Of a stretch of 64,000 bases of DNA, positions 49,094 to 59,097 are shown one piece after another. The stretch lies in NCBI GenBank assembly GCA_965228855.1, contig CBDDIJ010000002.1, positions 2,208,001 through 2,272,000 of the forward strand, in the 5' to 3' direction. The notes under the pieces were generated by a model. The model was not told where the DNA came from. It saw only the letters and a program-made list of their open reading frames with translations, and did not search any database. Each line of letters opens with the position of its first letter. Position 1 is the first letter of the stretch. This DNA comes from Candidatus Obscuribacterales bacterium (lineage in GTDB: Bacteria; Cyanobacteriota; Vampirovibrionia; Obscuribacterales; Obscuribacteraceae). The position numbers and the translations under genes are program-made.

Positions 49094-50080
49094 CTAAATT
49101 GTGGCGGTCGTGGAGTGTTTTTCCAACTCGGCGAGCTGTTCGTAAAGGGCCCGTTCTTTCTCCGTCGGATTCGATGGAATCACGATCTTGACGCGTATCA
49201 ATAAATCGCCTTTAGTCGCATTTTTAGCAGGTAAGCCTCGTTGCTTTAGACGAAGCATGCGTCCGTTTTGGGTTCCGGCTGGAATTTTGATTTTGACTGT
49301 TCCGTCTAAAGTCGGCACTGGAGCTTGCCCTCCAAGGACAGCGAGTGCCGGCGAGATCGAAATTTCACAAATGACATTGTCACCGTCTATGGTGAACTCT
49401 GCATGCGGTTTCACCTTGACACGCAGATATAGATCGCCGCGACCACGCTGGGTCGCCATTCCCTGACCGGCGATTCTCACGCGCGAACCCGCTCTGACAC
49501 CGGCTGGAATCTTTACGTCGATGGTTTTCGGTTCGGCTCCGGGCGGTGTGATCTTGAGTGTGCGCTGAGCTCCGTGAGCGAGTTCTTCGACCGTCAGCTC
49601 GATGTCGGCCTCCTGGTCGTACATACGCGCCGAGCGATCTTGCTGGGTTTGACGCTGTTGACCGGCTCGTTGCTGCTGTTGCGACGTACCGCGAGCGCCT
49701 CCCTGAGGCGGCGGTTGTCCGAATGTCTGACCGAAGAGAATGTCGAAGAAGTCGGAGAATGCTCCTTGCTTGCCGAAGTCGCCGAATTTTTCGAAGTCGA
49801 AATTGAAGCCGCCACCGCCTCCGAAATCCGGCGGTGGTCGGAAGTCCGATCCGGCTTTGTAATTCGAGCCCAGGGTGTCGTAGCGTTTGCGTTTATCCGG
49901 ATCCTTGAGAACTTCGTATGCTTCGGCGATTTCCTTGAACTTCTCTTCTGCACCCTTATCGCCCTTGTTGGCGTCCGGGTGAAACTTGCGGGCAAGACCG
50001 CGGTACGCGGTCTTGATCTCCTTTTGAGTGGCTGTTCTTGGTACCCCAAGAGTCTGGTAATAGTCTTTGAACTTGACCAC
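49094..50080 (-). CDS. cbpA: DnaJ class II chaperone (CbpA-like)
   Basis: FKDYY..LGV, HPD, G/F region, C-terminal DnaJ domain, no zinc finger. Confidence 0.85.
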   Translation of the reverse strand: MVKFKDYYQTLGVPRTATQKEIKTAYRGLARKFHPDANKGDKGAEEKFKEIAEAYEVLKDPDKRKRYDTLGSNYKAGSDFRPPPDFGGGGGFNFDFEKFGDFGKQGAFSDFFDILFGQTFGQPPPQGGARGTSQQQQRAGQQRQTQQDRSARMYDQEADIELTVEELAHGAQRTLKITPPGAEPKTIDVKIPAGVRAGSRVRIAGQGMATQRGRGDLYLRVKVKPHAEFTIDGDNVICEISISPALAVLGGQAPVPTLDGTVKIKIPAGTQNGRMLRLKQRGLPAKNATKGDLLIRVKIVIPSNPTEKERALYEQLAELEKHSTTATI

Positions 50081-50289
50081 CGGAAGCCACTCCTGAATGA
50101 TTGTTGGTGCGACGAACGTCAGTTTTACTGACGCTGGAATTACTCATTCCTTTGTTCTTTTGTAGCACAGAGGCCCGCGTAATTCCAGGGATTTCTATCT
50201 GTGGCGCGGCTACTGAAATCCGATTAAAAGTTGTTTCTTTTGGGCATATGGTATGCGGGTTGTAATGGCTACGTTGTTGGGAAAACAGC

Positions 50290-50814
50290 TTGCCGGGTTG
50301 GGGAAGCTTGTTGTTTGAGGGTCGAGTGGTGAGCGTTATCGCGCGGTTAAGCTCCAGGAGAAGATCCGGGCAGTCGACGGTCGAGTTGGTGTGCGGACTG
50401 TTTGTTCTGGTGCCGCTCGTGCTTGTGCTGTTCGATCTGGCGGTTATTGTTATCGGCGTACAGGTCAACGACCAGACCTGCCGGCAAGCAGCTCGTGCAG
50501 CCGCATCCGGCGATCCAGCCAGCGCAACCCAGCGTGCGCAAGCGGTGGTTGCTCGTGCCAATCAACAAGGTTCATCGATGCTCAGCAACTTCACTTTGAT
50601 TACGCCGCTAGGTTTCACTCCAAACTCGGTCGTAGCCGATGCCGCAGCCCTGGTCCCTTATGGTGGAACCGTTTCAGGTACAGTTACTGTTCAAACCGAA
50701 GTCGATATCCACCCGTTTATCGTCCCTTACGTCTACAGTGGGGGCGCCCCACTCAAGTTCCGGAGCTCGCAAACATTTCCGTTTACCCACGTCGTGAAAA
50801 ACACGGCAAATTGA
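50290..50814 (+). CDS. TadE-like pseudopilin (start uncertain)
   Basis: RRRSG|QSTVE prepilin motif, hydrophobic helix, CRQAARAAA. Confidence 0.8.
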   Translation: MPGWGSLLFEGRVVSVIARLSSRRRSGQSTVELVCGLFVLVPLVLVLFDLAVIVIGVQVNDQTCRQAARAAASGDPASATQRAQAVVARANQQGSSMLSNFTLITPLGFTPNSVVADAAALVPYGGTVSGTVTVQTEVDIHPFIVPYVYSGGAPLKFRSSQTFPFTHVVKNTAN

Positions 50815-50853
50815 GGACCTTCCGGGTCCGCCGACATCTGCTGCCAATAAGGC

Positions 50854-50885
50854 GAAAAGCGCGTCCCGTACAGGACGCGCTTTTC
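50854..50885. terminator. Bidirectional terminator
   Basis: GAAAAGCGCGTCC-CGTACA-GGACGCGCTTTTC. Confidence 0.85.
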
Positions 50886-50907
50886 AATTCTTCGATTTTG
50901 GATTCGA

Positions 50908-51627
50908 CTAAACAGTTGCAGCCGCTTTGGTTTGCAACGAGCCCAGATCCAACTTCACTCCTGGTCCCATTGTGGAACTTACATAAATCGATTTGATGTA
51001 AGTGCCTTTGACCGACGGAGGTTTTACTTTGTTGATCACATCGACAACAGCATTGACGTTCTGCAAAAGGCGCTCGTCTTCGAAAGAGAGTTTGCCGATT
51101 GCCATTTGAACCAGTCCGCCATTTTTCTCCGCGCGGAAGGAAACCTTACCGGCTTTCAATTCTTTGATTGTTTTGCCGACGTCGGTTGTGACCGTTCCGT
51201 CTTTCGGGTTGGGCATCAGTCCTTTAGGACCGAGTACTTTACCGAGTTTGGAGAGCATAGCCATGCAGTCCGGTGTAGCAACGAGTTTGTCGAAGTCGAG
51301 GAAACCGCCACCAATTTTTTCAGCGAGGTCTTCCGAACCGGCGTGGTCTGCACCCGCGTCGAGTGCTTCTTGCACTTTCTCGCCTTTAGCGACTACAGCG
51401 ATGCGGACTTCTTTGCCTGTGCCACCGGGCAAAGTCACTGTCGAACGGATTTGTTGATCGTTCAACTTGGTGTTGATACCCAGGCGGAAAGCGATTTCCA
51501 CTGTGGGATCGAATTTGACGGATTTCTCTTCTTTGAGAATTTTGATTGCTTCAGCAGCGCTGACCGGGTCTCTGTATTTTGTTTTGACTTCGGCAAGACG
51601 CTTCTGTCTTTTCGTGGGTTTAGCCAT
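50908..51627 (-). CDS. rplA: 50S ribosomal protein L1
   Basis: KFDPTVE, LGPKGLMPNPKDGTVT, SSTMGPG. Confidence 0.98.
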   Translation of the reverse strand: MAKPTKRQKRLAEVKTKYRDPVSAAEAIKILKEEKSVKFDPTVEIAFRLGINTKLNDQQIRSTVTLPGGTGKEVRIAVVAKGEKVQEALDAGADHAGSEDLAEKIGGGFLDFDKLVATPDCMAMLSKLGKVLGPKGLMPNPKDGTVTTDVGKTIKELKAGKVSFRAEKNGGLVQMAIGKLSFEDERLLQNVNAVVDVINKVKPPSVKGTYIKSIYVSSTMGPGVKLDLGSLQTKAAATV

Positions 51628-51644
51628 TTTCTTTTCCTTATTTA

Positions 51645-51683
51645 TTAGATGCGGGCGTCGACGCCTTTACGTCGACTCTCTAA
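51645..51683 (-). promoter_or_regulatory. Putative L1-binding autoregulatory RNA between rplK and rplA
   Basis: UUAGA-GA-GUCGACG...CGUCGAC-GCCCGCA-UCUAA: two helices around a GA / G-N5-A internal loop, just 5' of the rplA SD. Confidence 0.65.
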
Positions 51684-51727
51684 TCCGAACCTGGGTTCGG
51701 TTTGTCGGCAGTGCCGACGTCAATCAA

Positions 51728-52147
51728 CTACTTGATTGTGAGGCCCATATTGCGAGCGGTTCCTGCAACCATTCGCTCAGCAGCTTCGATGTCGACAGCG
51801 TTCAAGTCAGGCATTTTGATCGTTGCGATCTCGGTGATCTGAGCTTTGCTGATGCTGCCTACTTTGGTTTGATTCGGCTTAGCCGAGCCCTTTTCAATCT
51901 TCGCAGCTTTTTTGAGCAGTTCAGACGTCGGAGGGGTTTTCAAAACGAAATCGAAAGAGCGATCTTCGAAAACCGTGATTTCAACAGGAATGATGGTTCC
52001 TTGTTTATCTTGGGTTTTCGCGTTGTACTCTTTGCAGAACTGCATGATGTTCACACCATGTTGACCCAGAGCTGGACCAATAGGCGGTGCCGGGTTTGCT
52101 TTTCCGGCTTGAATTTGCAATTTGATTTTTCCAGTAACCTTTTTCAC
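51728..52147 (-). CDS. rplK: 50S ribosomal protein L11
   Basis: [25 protein letters not shown]. Confidence 0.98.
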   Translation of the reverse strand: MKKVTGKIKLQIQAGKANPAPPIGPALGQHGVNIMQFCKEYNAKTQDKQGTIIPVEITVFEDRSFDFVLKTPPTSELLKKAAKIEKGSAKPNQTKVGSISKAQITEIATIKMPDLNAVDIEAAERMVAGTARNMGLTIK

Positions 52148-52271
52148 GGCGGTTTAGATCCTTTTAGCGGAGGAGGCTGGAGGCCGACAGAGCGGACCGA
52201 GCCGTATAAATATATACAAGCAACAGATCCTACGGCACTTCAGCCATACTTTTCAGCAATTGTAAGCAGAT

Positions 52272-52832
52272 TTAGACTTTTATTACTTGGTTGAACTCAA
52301 GCTCAACCGGCGTAGCGCGTCCGAAGATGATGACAGAGGCTTTGATTCGCTCTCTTTCCAGGTTGACTTCGGTGACTTCGCCTGTAAAGTCGGCGAACGG
52401 TCCGCCCGTAATACGAACGAAATCTCCGACCTTGACGTCGATGGCGGCGGCTTTCTTGCCTTTGACTCCGCTGGCGGCGATTTGGCGTCTGAGGATTTTT
52501 CTGATTTCAGAATCTTGTACGGGAATCGGCTTCTTGCCTGCGCCTACGTATTTAGTTACGCCCGGTGCTTCTCTGACAACTCTCCACGAATCGTCGTCGA
52601 GGATCATTTCAACGAAAACGTAGCCCGGGTACTCGCGCTCTTTTTTCTCGACGCGCTTGCCGTCTTTGACTTTCGTGACCATCTTTTCGGGGACGATAAC
52701 ACCGAATATTTTGTCTTGCGCGTTCATGGTGACAACGCGTTTTTCGATGTGTTCCTTCACTTTATTTTCGTGGCCGGATGCGGTCTGAACTGCATACCAT
52801 TTACGTTGTCCGTCGGACTTGATGAAACCCAT
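52272..52832 (-). CDS. nusG: Transcription factor NusG
   Basis: WYAVQT.SG.E, YPGYV.VEM, KOW motif, [11 protein letters not shown]. Confidence 0.98.
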   Translation of the reverse strand: MGFIKSDGQRKWYAVQTASGHENKVKEHIEKRVVTMNAQDKIFGVIVPEKMVTKVKDGKRVEKKEREYPGYVFVEMILDDDSWRVVREAPGVTKYVGAGKKPIPVQDSEIRKILRRQIAASGVKGKKAAAIDVKVGDFVRITGGPFADFTGEVTEVNLERERIKASVIIFGRATPVELEFNQVIKV

Positions 52833-52855
52833 TGTCCTGCCTCTTTCTCCTGAAT

Positions 52856-53497
52856 TTATGGATGTGGGGTTGTGGGTGTTGCCGGCGCCGGTGAAGCGGG
52901 AGTGCTTGCTCCCGGTACTGACGCTCCCGGTGTCGCCGGTGGTGCCGTCGGCGCTGGTGTCGTGGCTGGTGCCGGAGTCGTAGCCGCTGGTGGCGCGGAT
53001 GCCGGGGGGGTCTGTGCCGGAGTCGAAGTCGAGACAGGCGCCGGTGTCACTGGTGTCGCCCCTGGTGCCGGAGCGCTGCTCGTCGGTGTCGTGCCTGGCG
53101 CTCCCGGAGCTTGCTCTGGAAGCTTCTCTTGCGGCGGTAAATCTTCTGGTCTTGTTCTCGGGCCGGGACCCTCTTGAGGTGCTACCGGAGTGAACATGCC
53201 GTTGTCATCGGTTTTCGGTGCGGTGATCTTAGCCAAGTGCTCGATAGGTCCGAAAACCCAGTTGCCCAGCGCATAATCGAAGCCCAGTACCATGACGGTT
53301 ATGAGAGCTACAAGCACGATGACGCTCGTAGTCTCCTGCACCACCTGACTGCGGGGCGGCCAGGTGATCTTCTTTGCTTCTTTTACAACTTCCTTGAGGA
53401 ATACGACCGCACCAGTGACGACGTTTCCAGATTTTTTCGAGTCTGCGTTCTTGGTGCTCTTGGGTTGTTGAGGGGCATCTGCGTGGGTGCCTTGCAT
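52856..53497 (-). CDS. secE: SecE with long Pro/Ala/Thr-rich C-terminal tail
   Basis: EAKKITWPPR motif and TM helix; position between tRNA-Trp and nusG. Confidence 0.9.
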   Translation of the reverse strand: MQGTHADAPQQPKSTKNADSKKSGNVVTGAVVFLKEVVKEAKKITWPPRSQVVQETTSVIVLVALITVMVLGFDYALGNWVFGPIEHLAKITAPKTDDNGMFTPVAPQEGPGPRTRPEDLPPQEKLPEQAPGAPGTTPTSSAPAPGATPVTPAPVSTSTPAQTPPASAPPAATTPAPATTPAPTAPPATPGASVPGASTPASPAPATPTTPHP

Positions 53498-53592
53498 CTT
53501 TTACTCGTCCTTGGCTCTCGCCTGTTCGGACATTCCGAGGTCCGCATCTCTTTTGAACTGCCTGTTCTTTTCTTTTCTAATTAGAAAAGATT

Positions 53593-53663
53593 CGCGCCCT
53601 GAAGGAGTCGAACCCTCAACAAACATTTTGGAGACGTTCGTTTTACCATTAAACTAAGGGCGC
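53593..53663 (-). tRNA. trnW: tRNA-Trp (CCA anticodon); 3' CCA not encoded
   Basis: GCGCCCT/AGGGCGC acceptor stem, AACGT-CTCCAAA-ATGTT anticodon arm, GGTTCGACTCC T-arm. Confidence 0.95.
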
Positions 53664-53742
53664 TCACAGTCCATATTACTCCGATACCTTCTTCGTCGCC
53701 GCGCGCCGTTGCGCGCGGTTGTGACTGAAAGGCGGATGCAAA

Positions 53743-53910
53743 TTACTTCTTGGTTTCCTTGTGCTCTCTGTGGGAGCGGCAAGTTTTGCAATACTTCTTG
53801 ATCTCTATGCGATCAGGATCATTGCGTTTGTTCTTCATCGTCGTGTAGTTGCGGCACTTGCACTCGCCGCACGCGAGCGTGATGATGATTCTGTCGTCCT
53901 TCTTGGCCAT
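53743..53910 (-). CDS. rpmG: 50S ribosomal protein L33 (zinc-binding C+ form)
   Basis: [18 protein letters not shown]...KKYC..C..H..HKE; GAGG RBS. Confidence 0.97.
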   Translation of the reverse strand: MAKKDDRIIITLACGECKCRNYTTMKNKRNDPDRIEIKKYCKTCRSHREHKETKK

Positions 53911-53995
53911 TGTTCTGTCCTCGAATGGGCAGCTGAACTGCCCCGTGGTCAAATTCACTTTGCCTTCCACCAATATGGTCTAGAGAAAAGAAGGC

Positions 53996-54024
53996 AAAAA
54001 AAACTGCCCCCCGGTGGGTGGCAG
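53996..54024 (-). terminator. Terminator-like hairpin plus U8 in the rpmG leader
   Basis: CTGCC-A-CCC-ACCG-GGG-GGCAG-TTTTTTTT on the minus strand. Confidence 0.65.
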
Positions 54025-54030
54025 AAGATC

Positions 54031-54059
54031 AGTATATCTAACCGGTAGAAGAGCGTCAA
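54031..54059 (-). promoter_or_regulatory. Sigma70 promoter for the rpmG-secE-nusG-rplKA cluster
   Basis: TTGACG-17-TATACT. Confidence 0.75.
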
Positions 54060-54227
54060 CCAGGCTGTATCTGGACGTTTACTTAGTTTGCGGTCAAAAT
54101 CGCCTGTTTCGATCTATAAAATGTCTTAACTCTTTTCTCTATATATTGCGTAGTTTTGAAACGGTCACGATGATGTACGATGCCCTGAGTTCCGCTGAGG
54201 GACGAAGATACAACCGCTTACTACTTT

Positions 54228-55862
54228 GTGAACCTGGAAATTACAATTACTCGTCACTTTCTCGATTCTCTTAAGCAAACCTCATCTATCGCACTCTCGG
54301 CGATGCTGCTTTTCGTCGGACTTGGTCTTGCAGGTTGCTCTCCGAAGGCGCGTTTTGCACCGGGCGAGTTGCGTATGAACCTGGGAACGGAACCGCCTTC
54401 GCTCGATTGGCACATTACAACCGATGGAACTTCCGGCGACGTGATAGTGAATATTATGGCCGGATTGACGCAGTACCAGCAGGATTTAAAGTGTATTCCG
54501 AGTATCGCTAGGAGCTGGGATGTTCTTGATGACGGTCGCCGTTACGTCTTTCATCTTCGCGATGATGTTTTCTGGACCGATGGAAAGCCAGTCACGGCCT
54601 ACGACTTCGAATACGCCTGGCGCCGAATTGAAGATCCGAAAACCGGCGGCGGTTACGCTGATTTTTTGAATGATGTTGAAAATGCTCAAGAAATAAACAG
54701 CGGTCAAATTACTGATCTGACGAAACTGGGCGCTCATGCTCTGGACGAGCACACTTTCGAAGTCAGATTGAAGAAACCTGCCGCGTACTTCATATATCTG
54801 ACCGCTCACTGGTCAACTTATCCCATGCGCAAAGATGTTGTCGAGAAGCATGGAGATCGCTGGACGGAACCTGACAACATCATCACCAACGGTCCTTTCA
54901 AATTGGCGAAGTGGCAGCACGATTACAAAATCGAATTGGAGCCCAACGAAAATTTCTTTGAAGGCAGACCGAAGTTGAACAAAGTGAAGATGTTCATGGT
55001 TTCAGAACAGTCAACAGCCTTTGCCTTGTTTGAAAATGACGAATTAGATTACGTTGATAATCGCAGTTTCTCGACTCACGACGTCGACAGGTATAGAAAT
55101 GATCCCGGTTATCTGCGCGTTCCCTTGTTGCAGGGAACCTATCTGGGTTTTAACGTTCTGAAGAAACCCTTCGATAACAAACACGTTCGCAGAGCCGTTT
55201 CCATGGCGATCGATAAAACCGTTTTTCCGAAACTTTTGCGCAGAGGCGAGCGACCATCGACATCCTGGATTCCAGAGGAACTGACCGGTTCATCAGAGTC
55301 TTCAGCATTGAAATTCGATCCTCCTGCGGCCAGGGCAGAACTAAGCTCCGCAGGTTTTCCTGACGGTAAAAACTTTCCGAGCGTTCAACTGCTCTATCCA
55401 AATCGAGAAGATACAAGGCTTATCGTTGAATCAATTCAAGCTCAACTAAAGAAAAATCTGGGAATTTCGATTGAATTGTTGAACCAGGAATGGAAGGTTT
55501 ACCTCGCCACGCGGAAGAAAGATCCGCCGCCACTCTTCCGGGCTAACTGGATCGCGGACTACCCGGATCCGGAAACGTATATGAACCTTTTCACCACCGG
55601 TAATGGCAACAATCACACCCGCTGGTCGAACGCAACTTACGATCGGTTGGTTCAAGACGCTGCCGGCGAATTAGATGCCGCCAAACGGGCTGAGATGTAC
55701 CGGCAGGCTGACACCATCTTATGCAAGGATGAGGCTGCCATCGTTCCCACATTCGTCAGCACTCAGAATATATTGATAAAACCCTGGACTAGCGGGCTCA
55801 ATTTTAACGCTCTCGATATCCATATTTTGAAGCATGCCAACACCGCGGAGGCCGCGAAGTAG
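54228..55862 (+). CDS. oppA: Oligopeptide ABC transporter binding lipoprotein (start may be later)
   Basis: LAGC lipobox, WTDGKPVTAYDF, NGPF.L, WIADYPDP. Confidence 0.92.
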   Translation: MNLEITITRHFLDSLKQTSSIALSAMLLFVGLGLAGCSPKARFAPGELRMNLGTEPPSLDWHITTDGTSGDVIVNIMAGLTQYQQDLKCIPSIARSWDVLDDGRRYVFHLRDDVFWTDGKPVTAYDFEYAWRRIEDPKTGGGYADFLNDVENAQEINSGQITDLTKLGAHALDEHTFEVRLKKPAAYFIYLTAHWSTYPMRKDVVEKHGDRWTEPDNIITNGPFKLAKWQHDYKIELEPNENFFEGRPKLNKVKMFMVSEQSTAFALFENDELDYVDNRSFSTHDVDRYRNDPGYLRVPLLQGTYLGFNVLKKPFDNKHVRRAVSMAIDKTVFPKLLRRGERPSTSWIPEELTGSSESSALKFDPPAARAELSSAGFPDGKNFPSVQLLYPNREDTRLIVESIQAQLKKNLGISIELLNQEWKVYLATRKKDPPPLFRANWIADYPDPETYMNLFTTGNGNNHTRWSNATYDRLVQDAAGELDAAKRAEMYRQADTILCKDEAAIVPTFVSTQNILIKPWTSGLNFNALDIHILKHANTAEAAK

Positions 55863-55866
55863 CCAG

Positions 55867-56787
55867 ATGCTTTTGTTTATTGTCAAAAGAATTCTTTATG
55901 CTATTCCGGTCCTCTGGATAGTTGCATCGCTAACGTTTCTGCTCGTGAGAGTGGTGCCGGGTGGACCGTTTGATTCGGATAGAAATTTGCCGAAGGAAAT
56001 CATCGCAAATCTGGAGGCAAAATATAATTTGAACAAGCCGCTGCACGAGCAATACTTTCTGTACCTTGGTCGGCTTGCGAAGGGCGATCTGGGTGTTTCG
56101 TACAAATATGCCAACAGAACGGTCAATGATATCATCGGCGATGCGTTTCCCGTCTCCCTGCAGCTTGGTGTACTGGGATTGCTGATTGCTGTTTGTATCG
56201 GAGTTCCCCTCGGCGCGCTTGCAGGCGTCAACCGGGGTACGCCGGTCGACTATCTCGCGATGTTCGTATCGACAGCTGGAATTTCCCTGCCGTCTTTTGT
56301 AATCGGCGCGGGCTTGATATTCCTTGCCGGCATCAGTTTAAAAATCTTGCCGGTGGCTTTATGGGAAACACCCGCACACGTGATACTGCCGGCAGTGACG
56401 CTCGCCTTCGGTCCTGCTGCATACCTTGCTCGCTTGACGCGTGGCAGCGTCCTTGAAATTTTAGAAAAGGACTGGGTGCGAACTGCCCGTAGTAAGGGTC
56501 TGTCCAGGTTTTCCACAGTGGTGAAACATGTTCTGCGCAATGCGCTCGTGCCGGTCGTTACCGTCCTCGGTCCGATCACGGCAACATTGATAACCGGTTC
56601 ATTTGTCGTCGAATATATCTACGCTATTCCAGGCATGGGAAGATTCTTCATAACCGCTGTCAGCAACCGAGATTATGATCTGATCATGGCTACAACTTTG
56701 ATCTTTTCGATTTTGCTTTTAATTACCAACACGATTGTTGATATCACTTACAAATTCCTCGACCCCAGGATGGAGGTTGAAGGATGA
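55867..56787 (+). CDS. oppB: Oligopeptide ABC permease
   Basis: PGGPF, GDLGVS, TARSKG, HVLRNAL, IPGMG. Confidence 0.92.
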   Translation: MLLFIVKRILYAIPVLWIVASLTFLLVRVVPGGPFDSDRNLPKEIIANLEAKYNLNKPLHEQYFLYLGRLAKGDLGVSYKYANRTVNDIIGDAFPVSLQLGVLGLLIAVCIGVPLGALAGVNRGTPVDYLAMFVSTAGISLPSFVIGAGLIFLAGISLKILPVALWETPAHVILPAVTLAFGPAAYLARLTRGSVLEILEKDWVRTARSKGLSRFSTVVKHVLRNALVPVVTVLGPITATLITGSFVVEYIYAIPGMGRFFITAVSNRDYDLIMATTLIFSILLLITNTIVDITYKFLDPRMEVEG

Positions 56788-57632
56788 AGACTGTAAAACG
56801 AGATGTGTTCACTCGGGTGAAAAAAATTCCCACCGCCCATTTTTCAATGTGGGTGATTGGAGCAATTTGCATTATTGCTCTCCTGTCATACTTTAACGTT
56901 CCCTTCACTCCATACAGTTTTGATGAAACTTCGGAACTCGTGCTGGCCGGACCGTCTATGCAACACTTGATGGGAACCGATGAATTGGGGCGTGATGTTC
57001 TGACCCGGGTTATTTACGGCTCTCGTTTATCAATCAGCATTGGTATCGTCACCGCAATCGTGGGATTTGTGATTGGAACCGTATATGGTGCCGTTGCCGG
57101 ATACCTGGGCGGCAAAGCCGACAGCATTTTGATGAGAGTTGTCGATGTCGCATACTCGCTCCCTGACTTGCTTGTAATGATTCTCATCGGTGTTTTAATC
57201 GGTCGGGGAACGATGGGCATCCTTCTCGCTCTGGCGCTAACGAGCTGGAGGGGAACGGCGCGTTTAGTTCGCGCGCAGTTCATTCAATTGAAAAACGAAG
57301 AGTTTGTGGAAGCCGCTCGGGCTCAAGGGCAAAATCATGTTTTGATCGTGTTGAAACATATGCTGCCGAACTCCCTTGGACCGGTAATCGTGGCGATGAC
57401 TTTTACCGTCCCGGCTGCAATCCTTTCCGAATCTACTTTGAGCTTTATCGGCCTGGGGTTATCACCGCCGGCGTGCAGTTGGGGCACGCTCGCCAGCGAC
57501 GGCTGGAGAGCGCTGCGAACTCATCCGCATTTGATTTTATTTCCGAGCATGTTCATCTTTATGACGGTGCTTTCGTTCAACTATCTTGGCGATGGTTTGC
57601 GAGACGCAATCGATCCCCGAACCAGAATTTGA
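56784..57632 (+). CDS. oppC: Oligopeptide ABC permease
   Basis: HLMGTDELGRD, FVEAARAQG, LSFIGLG, GDGLRDAIDP. Confidence 0.92.
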   Translation: MKTVKRDVFTRVKKIPTAHFSMWVIGAICIIALLSYFNVPFTPYSFDETSELVLAGPSMQHLMGTDELGRDVLTRVIYGSRLSISIGIVTAIVGFVIGTVYGAVAGYLGGKADSILMRVVDVAYSLPDLLVMILIGVLIGRGTMGILLALALTSWRGTARLVRAQFIQLKNEEFVEAARAQGQNHVLIVLKHMLPNSLGPVIVAMTFTVPAAILSESTLSFIGLGLSPPACSWGTLASDGWRALRTHPHLILFPSMFIFMTVLSFNYLGDGLRDAIDPRTRI

Positions 57633-57953
57633 TCCGCATCCCCCGAATCTACTACTATAGAACCTAGTCTCTGCAACATCCAGAGATGCGCTCAGAGGCA
57701 TGGTTTGCAGACAATGCCCCTTTTTAGCACCTAACGGTGTCTATCCACGAATGCCGGATTTTTGAAATTCCGTCATTCTGAGAGCGCCAAGCCTCCCGTT
57801 GTGAAATCTGGAAAGCGTTGTGAATCGTTCGTTTGGGGACAGTCGTTCTGATGCGCAGGGATTGTTTTGTATACAATGGATTTGAGGCAGAAAATCGCTG
57901 AATACAAAACTAGCTCGGTGTGGCAGCCGGGCACTTCGAGACTGGAGTTATAC

Positions 57954-58946
57954 ATGAGCGCTCGCAAGAGAGCTATTACCTTCGCTTTTCTTTGTTCGAC
58001 ATTTCTAACAACGCTCGCTCTCCCGGCCGACGCAGTGGATGCTGCTCGCAAGGCTGCGATGGAAGCGGAACTTGTGAAACTGAACTCGACGATCAAGGCT
58101 AATCCTGACGACGCGACACAGTATTTCACCCGAGGCTGCGTTTACCGTGTCTTAGAAAAGTGGGATTTGGCCAGTCAGGATTTCACCGCCACAATCGATC
58201 GTAAGTCACATGACTGGCAAGACGAAGCTTATGAGGGGCGCGGAATCTGTCGCATGCAGCTTGGTCTCTACCGAGACGCGCTCAGTGACTTCAACTTTGC
58301 CTTGAAACTGAATGCGGGCCTTTTTGAAGCGCGCAAAAATCGCGCTTATCTTCTTTATAGAATGGGCTATTCTGGTCGCGCTCTGCCTGAAATAAACGCG
58401 CTTCTGGCGATGTCCAAGTATCAACACGACCCGCAATTGCATCTTTACCGCTCCAAAGTAAATTATGCACTCAAGAATTATGCCGGTGCGCTTGCTGATG
58501 CTAACGCGGTTTTAGCTGCCGATAAAACAAATATCGATGCCGGTGAAGAGCGGGCACGCGTACTCCTGGCTCAGAATCACCAGGCGCAGGCGATGACCGA
58601 GTTGACAGAGCTTATCGCTCGCTCGCCTAAACGGGGCTCTCTATGGGGGCTGGTCTCTCTGGTTCACTATGGCGCTCATGATTATAAACAGACGATTTTG
58701 AATAGCGGTAAGGCTTATGAATTGGGCTATTACAGCCCGGAACTTTTAGCCGCTTGCGCTGACAGTTACGGTCGAGTTGGTGAGATGGAAAACAGTATTA
58801 ACAGCGCCAATGAGGCGATAAAGATGAACCCCTCTATCGGTCTTGCCTACCTGGCGCGGGGGCGTGCGTACCGGTCACTTAAGAAGCTGGAGCTTGCCAG
58901 AGCGGATCTTGACAGAGCCAGCAAGCTCGGATACAAAGACGACTAA
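57954..58946 (+). CDS. Exported TPR protein
   Basis: GGAG RBS, signal peptide, AY..RG...A..DF repeats. Confidence 0.85.
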   Translation: MSARKRAITFAFLCSTFLTTLALPADAVDAARKAAMEAELVKLNSTIKANPDDATQYFTRGCVYRVLEKWDLASQDFTATIDRKSHDWQDEAYEGRGICRMQLGLYRDALSDFNFALKLNAGLFEARKNRAYLLYRMGYSGRALPEINALLAMSKYQHDPQLHLYRSKVNYALKNYAGALADANAVLAADKTNIDAGEERARVLLAQNHQAQAMTELTELIARSPKRGSLWGLVSLVHYGAHDYKQTILNSGKAYELGYYSPELLAACADSYGRVGEMENSINSANEAIKMNPSIGLAYLARGRAYRSLKKLELARADLDRASKLGYKDD

Positions 58947-59097
58947 GTTCTTTGTGATACTAAATGCGATATCAGTGTTTTTCGGCTTCGTTTTATCGCG
59001 TGCTAAGTTGGGCGTCACCGTGGTAAAGAACATCTAGCGGCTTTTCTTCTGCGAATGCCGTATGATGCAGTTATCATCGGAGAGGGACTGAAGTAAC

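Noticed and set aside
53498..53533. In-frame mini-ORF MSEQARAKDE* just upstream of secE
   Set aside because: No clear SD and easily explained by chance; secE has its own ATG and purine-rich SD.
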